NCBI GenBank assembly: GCA_964234715.1
Contig: OZ174288.1
Direction: 5' to 3' (one strand)
DNA from: Podarcis melisellensis
Taxonomy: Eukaryota
Length of the DNA: 64,000 nt
The translations under genes were made by a program, and so were the position numbers. This document shows, in pieces, positions 12,701 through 26,648 of the stretch; positions within the stretch are counted from its first letter, which is position 1; every line of letters begins with the position of its first letter. Below the pieces are notes generated by a model. It saw only the letters and a list, made by a program, of their open reading frames with translations, was not told the DNA's origin and ran no database searches.

Positions 12701-13943
12701 GGAGGCTTTCCTCTCCCTTGATCATCTGCATTAGCCTAGAAATGATGAAGGGCGCAATGCAGGATGTGGCTTTTCAAAAGAGGATGTTTTTCAGATCTAA
12801 GCCCTGCTGCAGTTTGCGGACCGAGGTGCTTAGCAGTCCAACGGCAGCCCACCGAGACACTTGGCGATTAGGTACCTTTAAGAAACCTGGTCTGGAATGG
12901 CACATCCACCCCAGCCGTAAGCCCTTTATTAACATTTAATAGCATCCAACTTGTTGCTTTACAGGACCTTAATCCCCGCCTAGGCATCCTAAACCCCTTC
13001 ACACATTCCTGCTGCATTGTCTGGCTGCCTCACGTGTTCTGGGGAATAGCACTTGGTATGCAAAGAGCTTTATTACCACTGATCTGATTCCACATGGCGT
13101 GGCTGTATGTGAGGTTTGTTGTGGGGGTGTGGGGGTGTCTTGTTTTAAACACAGCCCCACAGAACTCCTGTAGTGGTTTGTCCTACCGTCCCAATCTTGG
13201 AACAAAGCAATCTGCTTTATAACAAAGTCCTTAGTGCTGTTTTGTAAGTTGTGGGGATAGGGTTTTTTGTTTGTTTGTTTGTTTTGAAGAGGAACAGGAT
13301 TAATATTTTGCAAGTTTTCAAAAAGGGCATGCAGCAAAACTTATTTGCAGAACACAGCAACACTGAGCTGGTAGACAGAGACAAATGCTCATATGTTGCA
13401 GTCCAGTTCTTGGCAACGGATATCACTTAAACTATACTGCTAAGCTTTATGTTGTGTCTGAATGCCAGCCAAGACTGTAATATCCAGAATATATTTCACA
13501 GAGAAATCATGCACTTTTTTTACACACACCCCCCCCCAAAAAATCAACTTTGGCAGAGAGATTTGTTAAGTGCTGCATAATCTGGGAATGGTCCCTTATC
13601 CACAAAATTCTACACAGTTTTTTTTGGGGGGGGGAGCAAAGGACAAAGTATCTCTGAGCACATGCAGAGTGCCTTCCTATCCCACACCATGCAACTAGCA
13701 GCCACCGCCTCAGACATTTTAATAGCAGAGATGGGGAAACCTCTGGTCCTCCACATGTTACAGGACTCCAACTCTCATTGGCTGGGGCTTATGAGAGCTA
13801 GAGTTTTTAATTTTATTTATGATTTCTGTAAACTTATCAACACGTTGATTTTTTAAAAATGTATGCTGCTCTGAAGTCCTCCCTAATGAACAGCAGGATC
13901 CCAAAACACCAAATGAGCAAATAAAAACTATCCGGTGCGCCAT

Positions 13944-14080
13944 GTTGTTGTTTAGTCGTTTAGTCGTGTCCGACTCTTCGTGACCCCATGGGCCAGAGAA
14001 CTCCAGGCACCTCTGTCCTCCACTGCCTCCTGCAGTTTGGTCAAGCTCATGCTGGTAACCTCGAAAACACTATCCAACCA
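13944..14080 (-). mobile_element. RTE-BovB LINE 3' end, heavily 5'-truncated, with 12-bp TSD
   Basis: Minus strand ends CATGGGGTCACGAAGAGTCGGACACGACTAAACGACTAAACAACAACA (BovB-type tail); TSD CCGGTGCGCCAT at 13932-13943 and 14081-14092. Confidence 0.85.
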
Positions 14081-14386
14081 CCGGTGCGCCATCAGCGCGC
14101 CATAGGTTCTACATTTGTTGATTCACCAAACCTGTGACTCTCAAGATGTTGGTGAACTGCAACACCCATCATTACTGCCCATTGGGCATGTTGAGTGTTC
14201 AGCCATATCTGGAAGGACACAGGTTAGTCATTGGGCTTCCAGGTATGACTGTGAAATTCCCTAATGGGATTGTCCCCTCTTTGTCCCCATCCCACCTAGC
14301 AAGTTTACTGACTTTAAGTCTAATCTTAAAGTCTATTGACTCCCTCTGTTCTATAAAAGCAGCACTACAGGAAAACCTCAAATCCC

Positions 14387-14520
14387 AAGGTAAAGGTAAA
14401 GGTACCCCTGCCCGTACGGGCCAGTCTTGACAGACTCTAGGGTTGTGCGCTTATCTCACTCTAGAGGCCGGGAGCCAGCGGTGTCTGCAGACACTTCCGG
14501 GTCACGTGGCCAGCATGACG
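14387..14520 (-). mobile_element. Sauria SINE 3' fragment (divergent subfamily)
   Basis: AAGGTAAAGGTAAAGGTACCCCTG tail and CTTCCGGGTCACGTGGCCAGCATGAC core. Confidence 0.75.
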
Positions 14521-16014
14521 AATCCCAAATCTGCCTGCAAACCTCCTTGAACAACCCACTTAACAGGTGCAGTCCCTGGGTGGACCTCTGTGTGTCCACC
14601 AACATCACACCTGACACATACCTGAGCAGCCCTATAGTCTGGGGATGCCGGGGACACAATGTGGATTTCTGTGTTTAAAGGGCTGTCACACGGATGATGG
14701 AGCAAGCTTGTTTTCTGCCACTCCAGAGGCTAGGAAGGCACTTTCCTCGCATGCATACATACATAATTTTATTTTTATCCAAGCTTTCCACAGTTGAAAC
14801 CATGCTGAAGGCGGCTTGCAACATGAAAAATGCACATAACTGCAACATAACAAAAGTAGTCATCAACTATAAATAAAAGATTGTAAAAAAAGCAGCACCA
14901 AACTGAACGATATCCACATAAATCACAAATTCTAAAATAAAGATACAAAAAACCCAGCAGCAATAACCCCCCCAAGAAAAACCTAAGAGCTTGTTCAGCA
15001 GCCTCTATTTTTGTAGCTGGAGTCAGTCAGGGCCCCATCCTCCCAGGCTTGCCTCCCTTGTACCAAGGATAGATATGTCTCATGGACTTTGCATCTGCTA
15101 ACAGTTCTGAAACAGACTGTTTGAGGTACAGAGTCCCACTTGACTAGAAGTGCCTGCATATCATCATCACGATGATGTCCTCAGGTCTCCTCACTCTCCA
15201 ACAGCTTTGCTTGATAACTCACCTGTCCCTACCAAGCTATTTCCATGTGCAAAACATCCCTCCTGTGCCCAGAGCTTTATTAATTACAAAGTTCAGTCCT
15301 TTCCAGGTAGGGATGAGAAAGTCTGTCAGTTTCGGTTTCTTGATTTTCTAATCTCCAAGCACATTATCTGCATTTCCACATCAGTTTGTGGTTTTTTTTT
15401 CCAGTCTTCATGAAAATTAATCAGCGTTGCAGTACAAATTTATCCTAGTGCCCTTATATCCCTATGCTGTTTTACCTACACACTTTTTTGCAATGCAGTT
15501 TCCTCTAACGCAAGGCATTATGGTTTGTTCTTTTGTCCAATAGAATGCAGTTTTATGCACACTTGACCCTACTGTGTGGATTTTCGTGCCCACTACTTGG
15601 CTGGAGAATGGCATTGCAAGGTTTGGAGAAGTACGAATTTTGAAGGATAGCTGTGGTTCAGTTCACATAATGTTTCAGAATGTGCAGGCTAGGTAGGTTT
15701 GCCTTTCAATGTGAACTAGACCAGATTTATCCCCCATCCCACTGGTTTCTGAAGTACTACTTAAGACTAAAGCATCTCTGAGCGCCAACAGAGTGTTTTT
15801 AGCCTAACACCATGCAATTACAACCAGCCTCAGAAAGCCCATTGGCTCCCTCTGTTTTAAGAAAGACATATTGCAGGGAAACAGCCAATCTCAAATCAGC
15901 CAGTGAACTGACTACCTGTTTAGCCGGCACAATGCCTTTGTTGACGTTCACATGCCAGCTCCTGCACAGTGTCCACAAAAATTGCACCAAACACGTCTGC
16001 AGGCTGTACACAAC

Positions 16015-16205
16015 TGCATCCTTATACTGAGTGAGGCCATTGGTCCACTTGGTTCAGTAGTGTCTACACTGACTGGCAGTGGCTTTTTCCAGGGCTTTAA
16101 GCAAGAAGAGTCTTTTCCCAGCCTAACTCAGAGATGCCCGGAATTGAGTCTGGGACCATCTGCATGCGAAGCATGTGCTCTACCACTGAGCTACAGCCCT
16201 TTCCC
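16015..16205 (-). mobile_element. tRNA-derived SINE (Squam2-like)
   Basis: Reverse complement of the 29349-29535 family: TAGCTCAGTGGTAGAGCA box A, CCAGTCAGTGTAGACA core. Confidence 0.65.
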
Positions 16206-17059
16206 CTAAGTGCTTATCTTTGTCAAATGAATCAGCACCTGGATTAGTGCCAAGGGGGCCTTTTCCATCCACTTATCTCACTTCCAGATGCAAGGACAAC
16301 TGCAACAGATGCTAGCTCAGGTGGTAGATGCATCGCCAAAGGCTCGCTTGTCTCTCTCAGGGACAAAGTAGATATTACTTTAATTGCGTAGCTGGCAGCT
16401 ACATCTGGGTTTTGTTTTTGTGTTTTAAACCCAGATGTGTTACTAAAAGGTGTTGGTACTAGTATATAAAGCCCTTAATAGCGTGGGACCAGTTTACTTG
16501 CAAGATTGCCTTACCCCATACACAGCCACTGTACCACTTCAATCTGCAGAGCTGGCACTGTTACAAGTTTCACATGATCCTTGTTCTGTACTTGCAAGAA
16601 ATCAATCTTTTAGTGTTGGTAGAACCCACACTTTGGAACTCCTTGCCTATTGACATCAGACAGCTGCCTTTGCTGCACTCTTCTCAGCACCTGCTCAAAA
16701 CACTTTTTAAGTGTTATCCTGAGATGTGGAATTTGACATGTGTTTTTAGCTTTCTGTTAATTTAAATGATCTTTTGAATGTTTTAAAATATAGACAACTC
16801 TCCGTTTGTGCAGGGGTTGCGTTCCAGGTCACTGCACATGTCAGCGGTCACATGTAAGCCCATTCTGATCCGTCCCCTTCCAGGGCCACAAACGCCACGC
16901 ATGTCAGCGGTTGCACATCAATGGGACTCACACAAAATTGTCACCGCCTGCACCTGTTTTAACTGTGCTTTAGTGATCTCTCTCTCACACACATATAACC
17001 ACGTAGAGGTTTCATTGCAATCATGCGGTATATTAATTTTGTTAAATAAAATAAAATGC

Positions 17060-17061
<2 letters not shown>

Positions 17062-17120
<59 letters not shown>

Positions 17121-17121
17121 T
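17062..17121. repeat. (TTTC)n microsatellite
   Basis: Direct reading. Confidence 0.95.
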
Positions 17122-17814
17122 TAAATAGTACTAGGTACAGAAGACCATAATCTTCCCTGGGACCACAGATCATGGGGTAAGAAGTTGGAGTCCAACACCA
17201 TCTGAAAGACCACAGATTTCTCACCCTGGCTGCAAAATGTCCACCTTAAAATTTAAACGTGTGGAGATTTTGCTCTCTATTTCAATAACCACCATTGTTC
17301 ACACTATTAGGAAGAGGACAGCTCTCTGTCCCTGAACATTCCCAGTCCTAACTGGAGATTATGCTTGGTAGCTCTTCCACGGAACGAGAGCCCTTCCAAA
17401 AAAGGGAACCCAGAGGGTCCATTTTCTCATTTCGGAGCACCCCCTTTTGCATCTCACAGCATCTCCCCCTCTCCAAACTGTTAACACATTTCAGAATTGG
17501 GGAGAGAGTTCAGCACTCCCTGGCAAATCCGAGAGCATCACTTTTCAAATGAGGCAAACGGGTTGTGATGAGCCTTCCCAATAAAGTGTTTGGGAATAAG
17601 CAATGAAATCAGCCTGCAATCATAAATGTGAGACACACATGATAAGAAGAGGGGTGATTATGTTCAATTGGTACTTGCTGCCAGCAGGCACACAACACAA
17701 ATTATCCCAAAAGGTGGCACTAGCAGTATCAGAAGCTGGAGCTCAGCTTCAATCTGCTTCAGCAGGGGCCCTGAGAACCTAACAAGAGCCAAAGGCCCAT
17801 CTAATCTATAGGAA

Positions 17815-18006
17815 ACACAGGAAGCTGCCTAATACCAAGTCAGACCACTGGTCCATCTCGCTCAGTGTCATCTACACTGACTTGCAGCAGTTCTCCAGGG
17901 TTTCAGACAGGGATCTCCCGTCTCCCAGCCCAACCCAGAGATGGTGCCAATTGAACCTGTAACCTTGTGCATGGAAGACTGATGTGCTACCATTGAGCTA
18001 TGGCCC
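17815..18006 (-). mobile_element. tRNA-derived SINE (Squam2-like)
   Basis: Same family as 29349-29535, in reverse orientation. Confidence 0.65.
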
Positions 18007-18337
18007 TATCCCCTCTCACGGTGGCCAACCAGACTGGAGAAGCTCCAGCTGAAGGGACCTTGTAAAAGGACGGCTATTTTGGGCAGGTGGAGTTGAGGCT
18101 TCCTAGGATGCCATCTGCTCTCATCTAGACAACCTGCCCCTAAAACCACATGCGTTTGAGGATAGGTTTCCTGTTTGTGGGAGAAATGCACTCTGCACAT
18201 GCTCAGAAGTACCTCAGTTACTAGATCGGTAGCCCCAGGGCTGAACCCTGGCTTACATTAAACCTTGCTAACTGCATTTTGAGGCAGGCAGGGACGAGCT
18301 CCAGTCTCCAGAGCAGCGCAAGCCCATTTGGCAATGT

Positions 18338-18685
18338 CACGGGTGGCACTGTGGGTTAAACCACAGAGCCTAGGACTTGCCGATCAGAAGGTTGGCAGTT
18401 CAAATCCCCACGACAGGGTGAGCTCCCGTTGTTCGGTCCCAGCTCCTGCCAACCTAGCAGTTCGAAAACATGTCAAAGTGCAAGTAGATAAATAGGTTCC
18501 GCTCCGGCGGGAAGGTAAACGGCGTTTCCGTGCGCTGCTCTGGTTCGCCAGAAGCAGCTTAGTCATGCTGGCCACATGACCCGGAAGCTGTACACCGGCT
18601 CCCTCAGCCAATAAAGCAAGAAGAGCGCCGCAACCCCAGAGTCAGTCACGACTGGACCTAATGGTCAGGGGTCCCTTTACCTTTA
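18338..18685 (+). mobile_element. Sauria SINE
   Basis: Near full-length match to the 37350 copy; CCCTTTACCTTTA tail. Confidence 0.9.
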
Positions 18686-19462
18686 CTAGCAAGGGAATGG
18701 AGAATGTTTTGACCAGCAGAATGATCAGGCTGAGTTCTTCGGAGTCAGATCTAAAACCCTTCCCTGCCACAAAGAGACATGAGGCGGAGCAATGTATTAG
18801 CTCCTTTGTGTTGTTGTGCACCAGCACACCTCCGCTGCAAGCTTTTTCTCATTTTCTCATCCCAGCACAAGTTTCCAGGAACTCTGTAAGACTTCCTTCC
18901 TTTGCTCTGCCTGCAGAACGTATGGGTTTCCTCTTCCCATAATAAAGGCAAAACATTTTTGTTTTAGGGGCAGGGTTTGTGCCTTTGTCTTTTTCTCTTC
19001 AGCTGAGCCAAATCTGCTAACATCTGGCTATCTTTGTACTTTGATAAGTACAGTAAGTTTTTAATTTTCATCTGCTGAATGCTGGCGGGTGGATGGGTGT
19101 GGATTCACAAAGGAAGATGGGGTAACAGGGAGGAACATGTGCAGAGAGGATCTTCATTAATGATCCATCCTTTGCAGTTCTGAAAAATGCACCAGGGCTT
19201 TTTTTCAAAAAAGAGGCCTGTGAGGGGTGTGGCCTGGGGAAAGAGGGTGTGGCCTGGGGGAGTACCAAGGGCCAGGTAGACGGGACTGGAGGGCTGCATT
19301 TGGCTCCCATTCCTGACCTAACCACACCATGCTTCACCTCTTCCTCTATGGTTTAGAAGTTAGAGCTCAAAACTAGGCAACTCATCTCCCATGCATGTCA
19401 ATGCAAATACATGCACACTCAAGAACATTAAGATGCCACATATCTTGGGCTGCGGCTAACTA

Positions 19463-19815
19463 GGTAAAGGTAAAGGGACCCCTGACCATTAGGTCCAGTC
19501 GTGGCCGACTCTGGGGTTGCGGCGCTCATCTTGCTTTAGTGGCCGAGGGAGCCGGCATACAGCTTCTGGGTCATGTGGCCAGCATGACTAAGCCGCTTCT
19601 GGCGAACCAGAGCAGCGCACGGAAACGCCGTTTACCTTCCCGCCGGAGTGGTACCTATTTATCTACTTGCACTTTGACATGCTTTCGAACTGCTAGGTTG
19701 GCAGGAGCAGGGACTGAGCAGCGGGAGCTCACCCTCTCGTGGGGATTCGAACTGCCAACCTTCTGATCGGCAAGTCCTAGGCTCTGTGGTTTAACCCAGA
19801 GCACCACCCGCATCC
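19463..19815 (-). mobile_element. Sauria SINE with near-perfect 12-bp TSD
   Basis: Full-length reverse copy; TGCGGCTAACTA (19451-19462) versus TGCGGCCAACTA (19818-19829). Confidence 0.9.
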
Positions 19816-20873
19816 TGTGCGGCCAACTAACTTTTACTCAAAATAGACCCATTGAAAATAACAGCTAAGCTAAGTTAGGGCTATTAATTTCAGTGAGTCT
19901 ACTCTGTTAGTTAATACAAGCCCATTTCATTTCAAATGCTGGAGAACCTGATTTTCAAACATTAAGGAACAGTCTGTAAGATGGTTTTTTTCTTCTTCTT
20001 CTAACATCTCTTTGAGCTAAAGAACACCCCTTCTTGTCTTTTGAAACCACACAGCACAGGCTACCGAGTAAATAAGAACAGGAAGACTGCTAGTCTACCT
20101 TTCAGGGATGTTGTGAGGACAAACACAATGCTTGTATAGCACTTCTGCCAATGAATAGCAGCATCTCGGGGATGGAGGGAGAAAATCATTGGAAAGAGCA
20201 TTCGCCTTGCTGAGGGGTTCATTACTCTAAAGAACGATACTCAACATGAAATGCAAAATAATAAATAAAGTGAATGCAGCTGCATTGGTCCAGGAGAAAA
20301 AAAGACCCAAACCAACGATTGAGTAATACCTTTAATCAGACCAACCAAAATGTCATGAAATAGCAAGCACATGCTCTCCAGAATTCTGCATAAGGTTTTC
20401 ACCCCAGACACAATTTCAGAATAACATATGAATCTAAGCGCACTCCAATCACAGAGAGAAAAAACAGAGCCTCTTCACAAAACGCTTCATTTGTAGAATT
20501 CACTGCCACAGAACGTTGTGGCAGCAATTGACTTAGAGTGCTTTGGAAGGCGACAAATTCATGGCCCACCCAAAAAACTAAACTAGTAGCCATGATGGCT
20601 ATATGGAACCTCCATCATCAGAGGTAGTCTCTCTGTGAATACCGGGTGGTGAGAAACAAGGGAGGGACAGCTTTTTGATGTCCTTCTTAGTAGCTTCTCA
20701 GAGCTCTCTGACTGGACACTCTGGCCAATGGGATGCTGAATGACATGAATTCTTGGTCTAACCCAGGACGGCTCTTCTTATGCTCCTTATTCAAAGAATA
20801 GCAGTAATTTTTTTTTTTAAGTCTTACATGCAGGCTTCATATGCCAGAACAGCAGATACTCTATTTGGGATGG

Positions 20874-20904
<31 letters not shown>

Positions 20905-22432
20905 CACATAGCTTCATACGATGCCTTAACTCTTAAAAAGAAAAGAAAAAATTCTGCCAAATTTCTGGTGCCAAAACACACATGCTAGCAGTTGCTTATT
21001 AAATCAGCACTTCACTTCATCTGGGAACAGTTTTAGAGAGGAGAAATCTCTAAAGCGTTAAGCAGTGGGTGGGTGGGTGGGGGGCAACAAATCCAGTAGC
21101 CACTGGCAAAAAAACACAACTCCCTCCCTCCCACATACTTTGAGATGCACACCCCAAACATTGGGATCTGAATGCAGAGGGTGAGACAGACATCCCTTAA
21201 AGGGCTGCTTGACCCACCTGCTTCAGGTTGAACTGGAGTTCACCCAGTCGATACAGAAGAAAGCTGGGAAGTAGACAGTCTCTGCAGAGTGGTGGATAAC
21301 GAAATTATAGCTGAAGCACCAGAATGCCAGGAAGCCAAAGGGAAAAAAGCTCCAAAGTGACTATTCTCTGGGAAATATATGGGGTGGGTATTGTTCAGAG
21401 CAAAAGGGTACTTCTTAGGCACCATCTACCAACAATGTCTCCAGGAGAAATTGATGGAGCTCGCACAAAAATCCACAAGCCCTCTCACCCAAGCCTTTAT
21501 CCCTGATGTGTGATGTCAGGGATGGGCTTTTCAAAGGACATCTGGCAACCCTGCGGAAATCGCACTTTGCAAACACAAAGTCAAAATTGTCATGTGCATG
21601 CACAGCAGCATAGATTTTGAAGGTACCTCAGAGGTCATTTAGGCCGACCCCTTGCCTGTGCAGGAAAGTTGGTGCTACAAGAACCCTGATAGGCAGCTAC
21701 CCAATCTCTGCTTAAAAAGAAAAAGTTCTAAGGAAAGAGTCTGCCACCTTATACACAATCTTGCAACACATCTGTCCCAGGATTCTGTCTCTCATGTCCA
21801 TGTAAAATTATGCCCTGCTCAGTCTCAAGGTCTAACCAACTCCTGTACCGTCTTACAGCTGTTGAAAGCCAGAACATGCATTCTCTTCCCACCTGCCTTC
21901 CTGGACCCATTATTCTGAACACACCCACCTCTTCTTCCACTTCTCTCCCTCATCTCCCGAAGTTTATTCCAGAATGAACCAGCCGATCTTCCTACAACTA
22001 TGTTTAAGGACCCCCCTGGCTCTCCCTTATATAAAAACTGTCCATCAAACTGAGCAGCGGGGCAGTTATTTTAGTCGACAAATTGCTTAAAGGTGCCAAT
22101 TTGTTATATAATACTAACTTTCTCACACACGCCATAGGGACCAAGAGTTAGTGCAGGATTTATCAAATGGAAAGGGTTTTAGAAGTTCTGTCCCTCGTTT
22201 GAAATTCCAAGAAGAAGCTCTGAAAGGATTAAACAGGAAATAAAAAGGAAAGGTGGAGGGGGGAGGAGAGAGAGAAATAGATGGAAAGAAAAATAAAAAG
22301 TCCCATTAAATACTATTTACTTTGGACAGGACTGAATTACCAGAGGGTGTGTGCAAAAGCCGATTCTTAATCTATTCAGTAAGCAAAAATGGAAAGAGAG
22401 ATTTTCTCCCCCACTTCCAGATACAAATAGGC

Positions 22433-22433
22433 A

Positions 22434-22497
<64 letters not shown>

Positions 22498-22500
22498 AAA
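22433..22500. repeat. (GAAA)n microsatellite
   Basis: Direct reading. Confidence 0.95.
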
Positions 22501-22570
22501 TATGCTATTGCCTTTAAAAATTAATAAACTTTTAACACTGCAGGGCGGGTGGGGAGGGAGAACAACTTAC

Positions 22571-22659
22571 TGCGACAAGAACAGGTAGAAAATTCCACTC
22601 CAACGCCCAGCGGAGAGATGTCAGCGGAGTGTAAATTCCAGACACCCAAATCGTCTTGG
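22571..22659 (-). other. Candidate 89-nt internal exon of an unidentified minus-strand transcript
   Basis: Acceptor CTCTTTATTTTCCTTTTCTTAG| and donor GCA|GTAAGT, both near consensus; non-repetitive sequence. Confidence 0.45.
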
Positions 22660-22773
22660 CTAAGAAAAGGAAAATAAAGAGTTTGGAACTCTGGAGAGAG
22701 AAATTCTGCTGGTGCAGCTGGTTGCAACAGCAGCACACGCACACACAAAAAGGTGGTGGAGGGGGTAGGATCC

Positions 22774-22973
22774 NNNNNNNNNNNNNNNNNNNNNNNNNNN
22801 NNNNNNNNNNNNNNNNNNNNNNNNNNNNNNNNNNNNNNNNNNNNNNNNNNNNNNNNNNNNNNNNNNNNNNNNNNNNNNNNNNNNNNNNNNNNNNNNNNNN
22901 NNNNNNNNNNNNNNNNNNNNNNNNNNNNNNNNNNNNNNNNNNNNNNNNNNNNNNNNNNNNNNNNNNNNNNNNN
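22774..22973. other. Assembly gap (200 N)
   Basis: Run of 200 N between G-rich flanks. Confidence 0.99.
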
Positions 22974-25900
22974 GAGGTGAGGATGGGGAAAGGAATTTGG
23001 AAATTAAAACAGGGAGTCTCGGGGGAAAGTGAATTCAAGGGCTGGGAAGGGGGGGGGGGTAAAGGGCTTGTCAGGCACTGCTGCACTTCCAGCTTTTTGG
23101 AAAGTCAGAGAAGAGGTGAAGACAGGGCTTGGTTTTATTTCTCCTTTATTTTTTTGGCTTCACAGGCTGTTGGGTTCTTGGAAGTTCTAGGAAATTGAAA
23201 AAGGCGGGGCCGGCCAGGGGAAGCGCCTTCCCCCTCTAGCTAACAGCAGGATGGATAGGTAAGGAGAGGAAATGCCAGTTCTGGGAAGGTGCGAGGGGGT
23301 GTGTGTGTGGATTTCTGCAAGCAGAAAAGGAAGGAGGTTTGCGAGCGCTTTGAAGGGACGCTGCGGCGTCACACCTGAGCCACTGACATCTCAGGTGGTG
23401 CAGCACTTTCGACCTCTTCATCAATTGAGTTACTTCCCGGAATTTCAAAGTGGTCCAGACCATTTACAGCAGGGGCATGGAACCCATCACCCTCCAGACG
23501 TTTCTAGCCCATCGCCCCAGATTCCTGCATCGCAGAGAAGGTTGGGCTAGATGACCCTTGGGTTCCCTTCCAGCTCTACAATTCTGATTCCCTGACCCCT
23601 GGGACTGGTGGAAGCCCAACGACACCTGGAAGGGCACAGATCCCTAGCCCTGCTTTGCAGTAACCCTACTCATGCCTCCCCCACCTCCTAGCAACCTCTG
23701 TGCAATTTGGTCACCCCATACCCCCACTTTACAGAAGGGCACACTGAGGCTGCAAAGGATGGAAGTTGCCCAAAGGGCCACCCAGGTTGTCCAGAGGTTT
23801 GAAGGCCAGGTGTCTGTCTCTCCCCCGCCCCCCGATTTAAATCCCAGCCTTTGTTTGATAAAACCCGCCCGAGATTTATTGCTCAGCCCGGGATTCTCAA
23901 CCCTGCTGTTAAACGGTGCATCCCGCCGGCCTTGCAGCCGGCAATGTCCACATGTGGCAGACAAATTACTCCAGGATGCTCATTGTAACTCCACCATCCT
24001 GAGGAATGCGGTGAGGTTCCAACGTCAGACCCAAGCGATGGTCAACTGCTGTATGCGCAAACATGCAGGAGTGACTCACAGAACAGATGGCAGATGTGAC
24101 CAACTTGTATCTGCATTGGTGGGAGAGCCAAAGACAAGGGAGGGCAGACACATTTTTTAAATCGAAGAAGCAAAAAGAAAAAAAAAACCACTAGTGCACA
24201 CGTCCCATATTACAATTAGGGAGCAAATAATCACTTCTTCATATGTGTATTTGTGAAAGGTGTCTTACAGGGCAGCTTCCTGGATTTCTGGTTATCAAAC
24301 ACCATAATGCAGCCCTAGCAGGTATTTTAAAGTAAGCTGCTTTGGGTTACTCTGTTAGATAAGCGACTAATAAAGTGTAACAATAATATTTTAAGCAATA
24401 GATTTCAGTACAGGTCACAACCAATTTATGTGTGTCCAATTGACATGTTACTGCGCACACGCACATCACACCAAGCCCAGAAGTAGCTTTGAAAACGGCA
24501 AAAATGCCCCCCAAAAACCCAGAAAGGGAGTGGGGGAGGTGCAAAAAACAGGGTACCCGCAAGCCGACCATTGAGACCTGTGGAGGGTTTGAGTTTGAAG
24601 AAGGAGGTTTAGAGGTAGAGATTGTGGTGGAACTGGGTGTCTGGTAAGTGCTGCTGGTTTTTTGAAGTGTTTCTCAAGGGTTTCCAGAGGTTTAGAGGGT
24701 GTTTGTTGGCTTTCCCAATGCTGTTTCAAATACCCGCGATTTCACTGTCCTTGGAACTTAACCCCACACAAATGGAGAGTTGCCTGAAGTGCATCAACGT
24801 GCAGAAAAAGAAAAGGCTCTGCATCCCTCCACATGTGTGCACAATGCCTCTCTGTCACCACAGCCTAGCCACACAGAGCCCTTTGAAACACAGGGTTAGT
24901 GGATAGGCCGTCCAAGGTCAGAGGCGGCAGAACTTCTAGGTCGGTTTAAGTTGCAATTCCAGAAATCTGTGTGGTGCGCAACCAGGCAGGCGTGGAAGTC
25001 TCCCCACAGGCTGTGTACATGGGAAGCTGCCTTGACTGAGACTCATGGCGCGTCTTGCTCCGTATTGTCTACACTGGTTGGCAGCAGCTCTACAAAGGTG
25101 CAGGAAGTGATCTTTCTCAGCACGACTTGGAGAAGGCAGTGGGGACATTTTGCACACATAGCGGGCACTCAAACAAAGAGCCATTTAAGGTTAGGGGAAC
25201 TTCAGGCTCGGGTGCAAGATGTGGCCCTCCAGGACTTTCTACCTGGCCCATGGGACCTTCCCCACACCGCATCACTCACTGGCCCTGCTCCATTCCCTCC
25301 CTGAGTGCCTCTGCCCAGCATGTCCTCTTATTTTGCCACTTTGTGTTTAGAAACCTCTATGTTGAGCCTGCCTTATTGCACCTAGGCAAGAGTCCCACCT
25401 GTGTCTCCACCCTATTTTGGCCTGCAGCCACACCCACCACCAGGATGTGGCCCCCAGAAGGTTGCCCATGATGGAATGCAGCCTCAGGCTGAAATATCTT
25501 CCCCACCTCCTCATAGAGCCACCTAAGGACACATGGCATTGTGTTCTAGAAAAGCACTATTTCACATTCTACCTCAGCTTTTCTCTTTGGGAGCATTGCT
25601 CCCTTTAAAACAGTCATCATGGCAAAACTTAACCATTTGCCATGATGTGCTACCCTTCTGTTTGCTATGATCTAACAAGGCTTTTCCACAAGGAAAGCCA
25701 CACCACCTATAGTCTCCTAGCAAGCAATATATGCTCATGATCAAGATAAAACTATGAGACGATCTGTCGACAACAATTTTGTAGGACTCGAAAAGTCACA
25801 TTATCGCAGATTTGGTGCCATGTGGTGAACAAAAATCCCTGCAGATGCATGGAGGAGAATTCAACATGCCATACCCCCAGCTGCCCATCGAATAGCAGAT

Positions 25901-25981
25901 TCCTATTTAAATTGCACTGAGCATTCCGCATGTGGTCAGCCTTTGAGCACAGACCTGGATCTGACAGATATTTTAGCTTAC

Positions 25982-26187
25982 TTTCGTTTTGCTGCACGCT
26001 CAGGATCTGGAATCAACAGCCAGATGCTTCCTCCTTCACACCATACAGAACTACAGGATGTTGCAAATGCTGCTACAACAGTCAAAAGTTCTAAAAGAGT
26101 CACACCAATTTGATCGGTGACAAGTAAGTTAGCAAGGAATGGTGCCACCACATTCAGGTGCAGTATATCCTCTCTGATGACCAGATA
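25982..26187 (-). other. Candidate 206-nt exon of an unidentified minus-strand transcript
   Basis: Acceptor TTTATGTTTTTTTACCTTCAG| and donor AAA|GTAAGC; open in phase 0 (YLVIREDILHLNVVAPFL...PERAAKR). Confidence 0.4.
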
Positions 26188-26398
26188 CTGAAGGTAAAAA
26201 AACATAAAGGAATAATGATCTCCATGACTGGCATCAGGACTTGGCACCATCAGGAAGCTGCTAGGGCCCCATTGGCACTGAAGCCTTCCTTCTAGCCACC
26301 TTGCCAGGTGGTAAAGCAACTACAAACGGCCATTTTAAATTTCTTAGACATTGTGGGAATTTTAGAGCATTCCAGGGCATTTATGGGAGAGTTAAAAT

Positions 26399-26648
26399 CA
26401 GGGGTCAGCAACCTTTTTCAGCCATGGGCCAGTCCACCAGCCCTCAGACCATGTGGGGGGCCAGACTATATTTTTTTGGGGGGGATGATCAAATTCGTAT
26501 GCCCCACAAATAACCCAGAGATGCATTTTAAATAAAAGGACACATTCTATGCATGTAAAAACACGCTGATTCCTGGACTGTCCACAGGCCGGATTGAGAA
26601 GGCGATTGGGCCGCATCTGGCCCACGGGCCTTAGGTTGCCTACCCCTG
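26399..26648. mobile_element. hAT (Charlie-like) MITE
   Basis: TIRs CAGGGGTCAGCAACCT...AGGTTGCCTACCCCTG; perfect 8-bp TSD GTTAAAAT at 26391-26398 and 26649-26656. Confidence 0.9.

Noticed and set aside
22532-23198. ORFs spanning the N run
   Set aside because: Artefacts of translating through the assembly gap.
23375-23523. Acidic peptide DGLETSGGDGFHAP...EMSVAQV as a coding exon
   Set aside because: Its acceptor and 5' half lie within antisense SINE-tail and MITE sequence, and this frame is not in phase with the preceding candidate exon.
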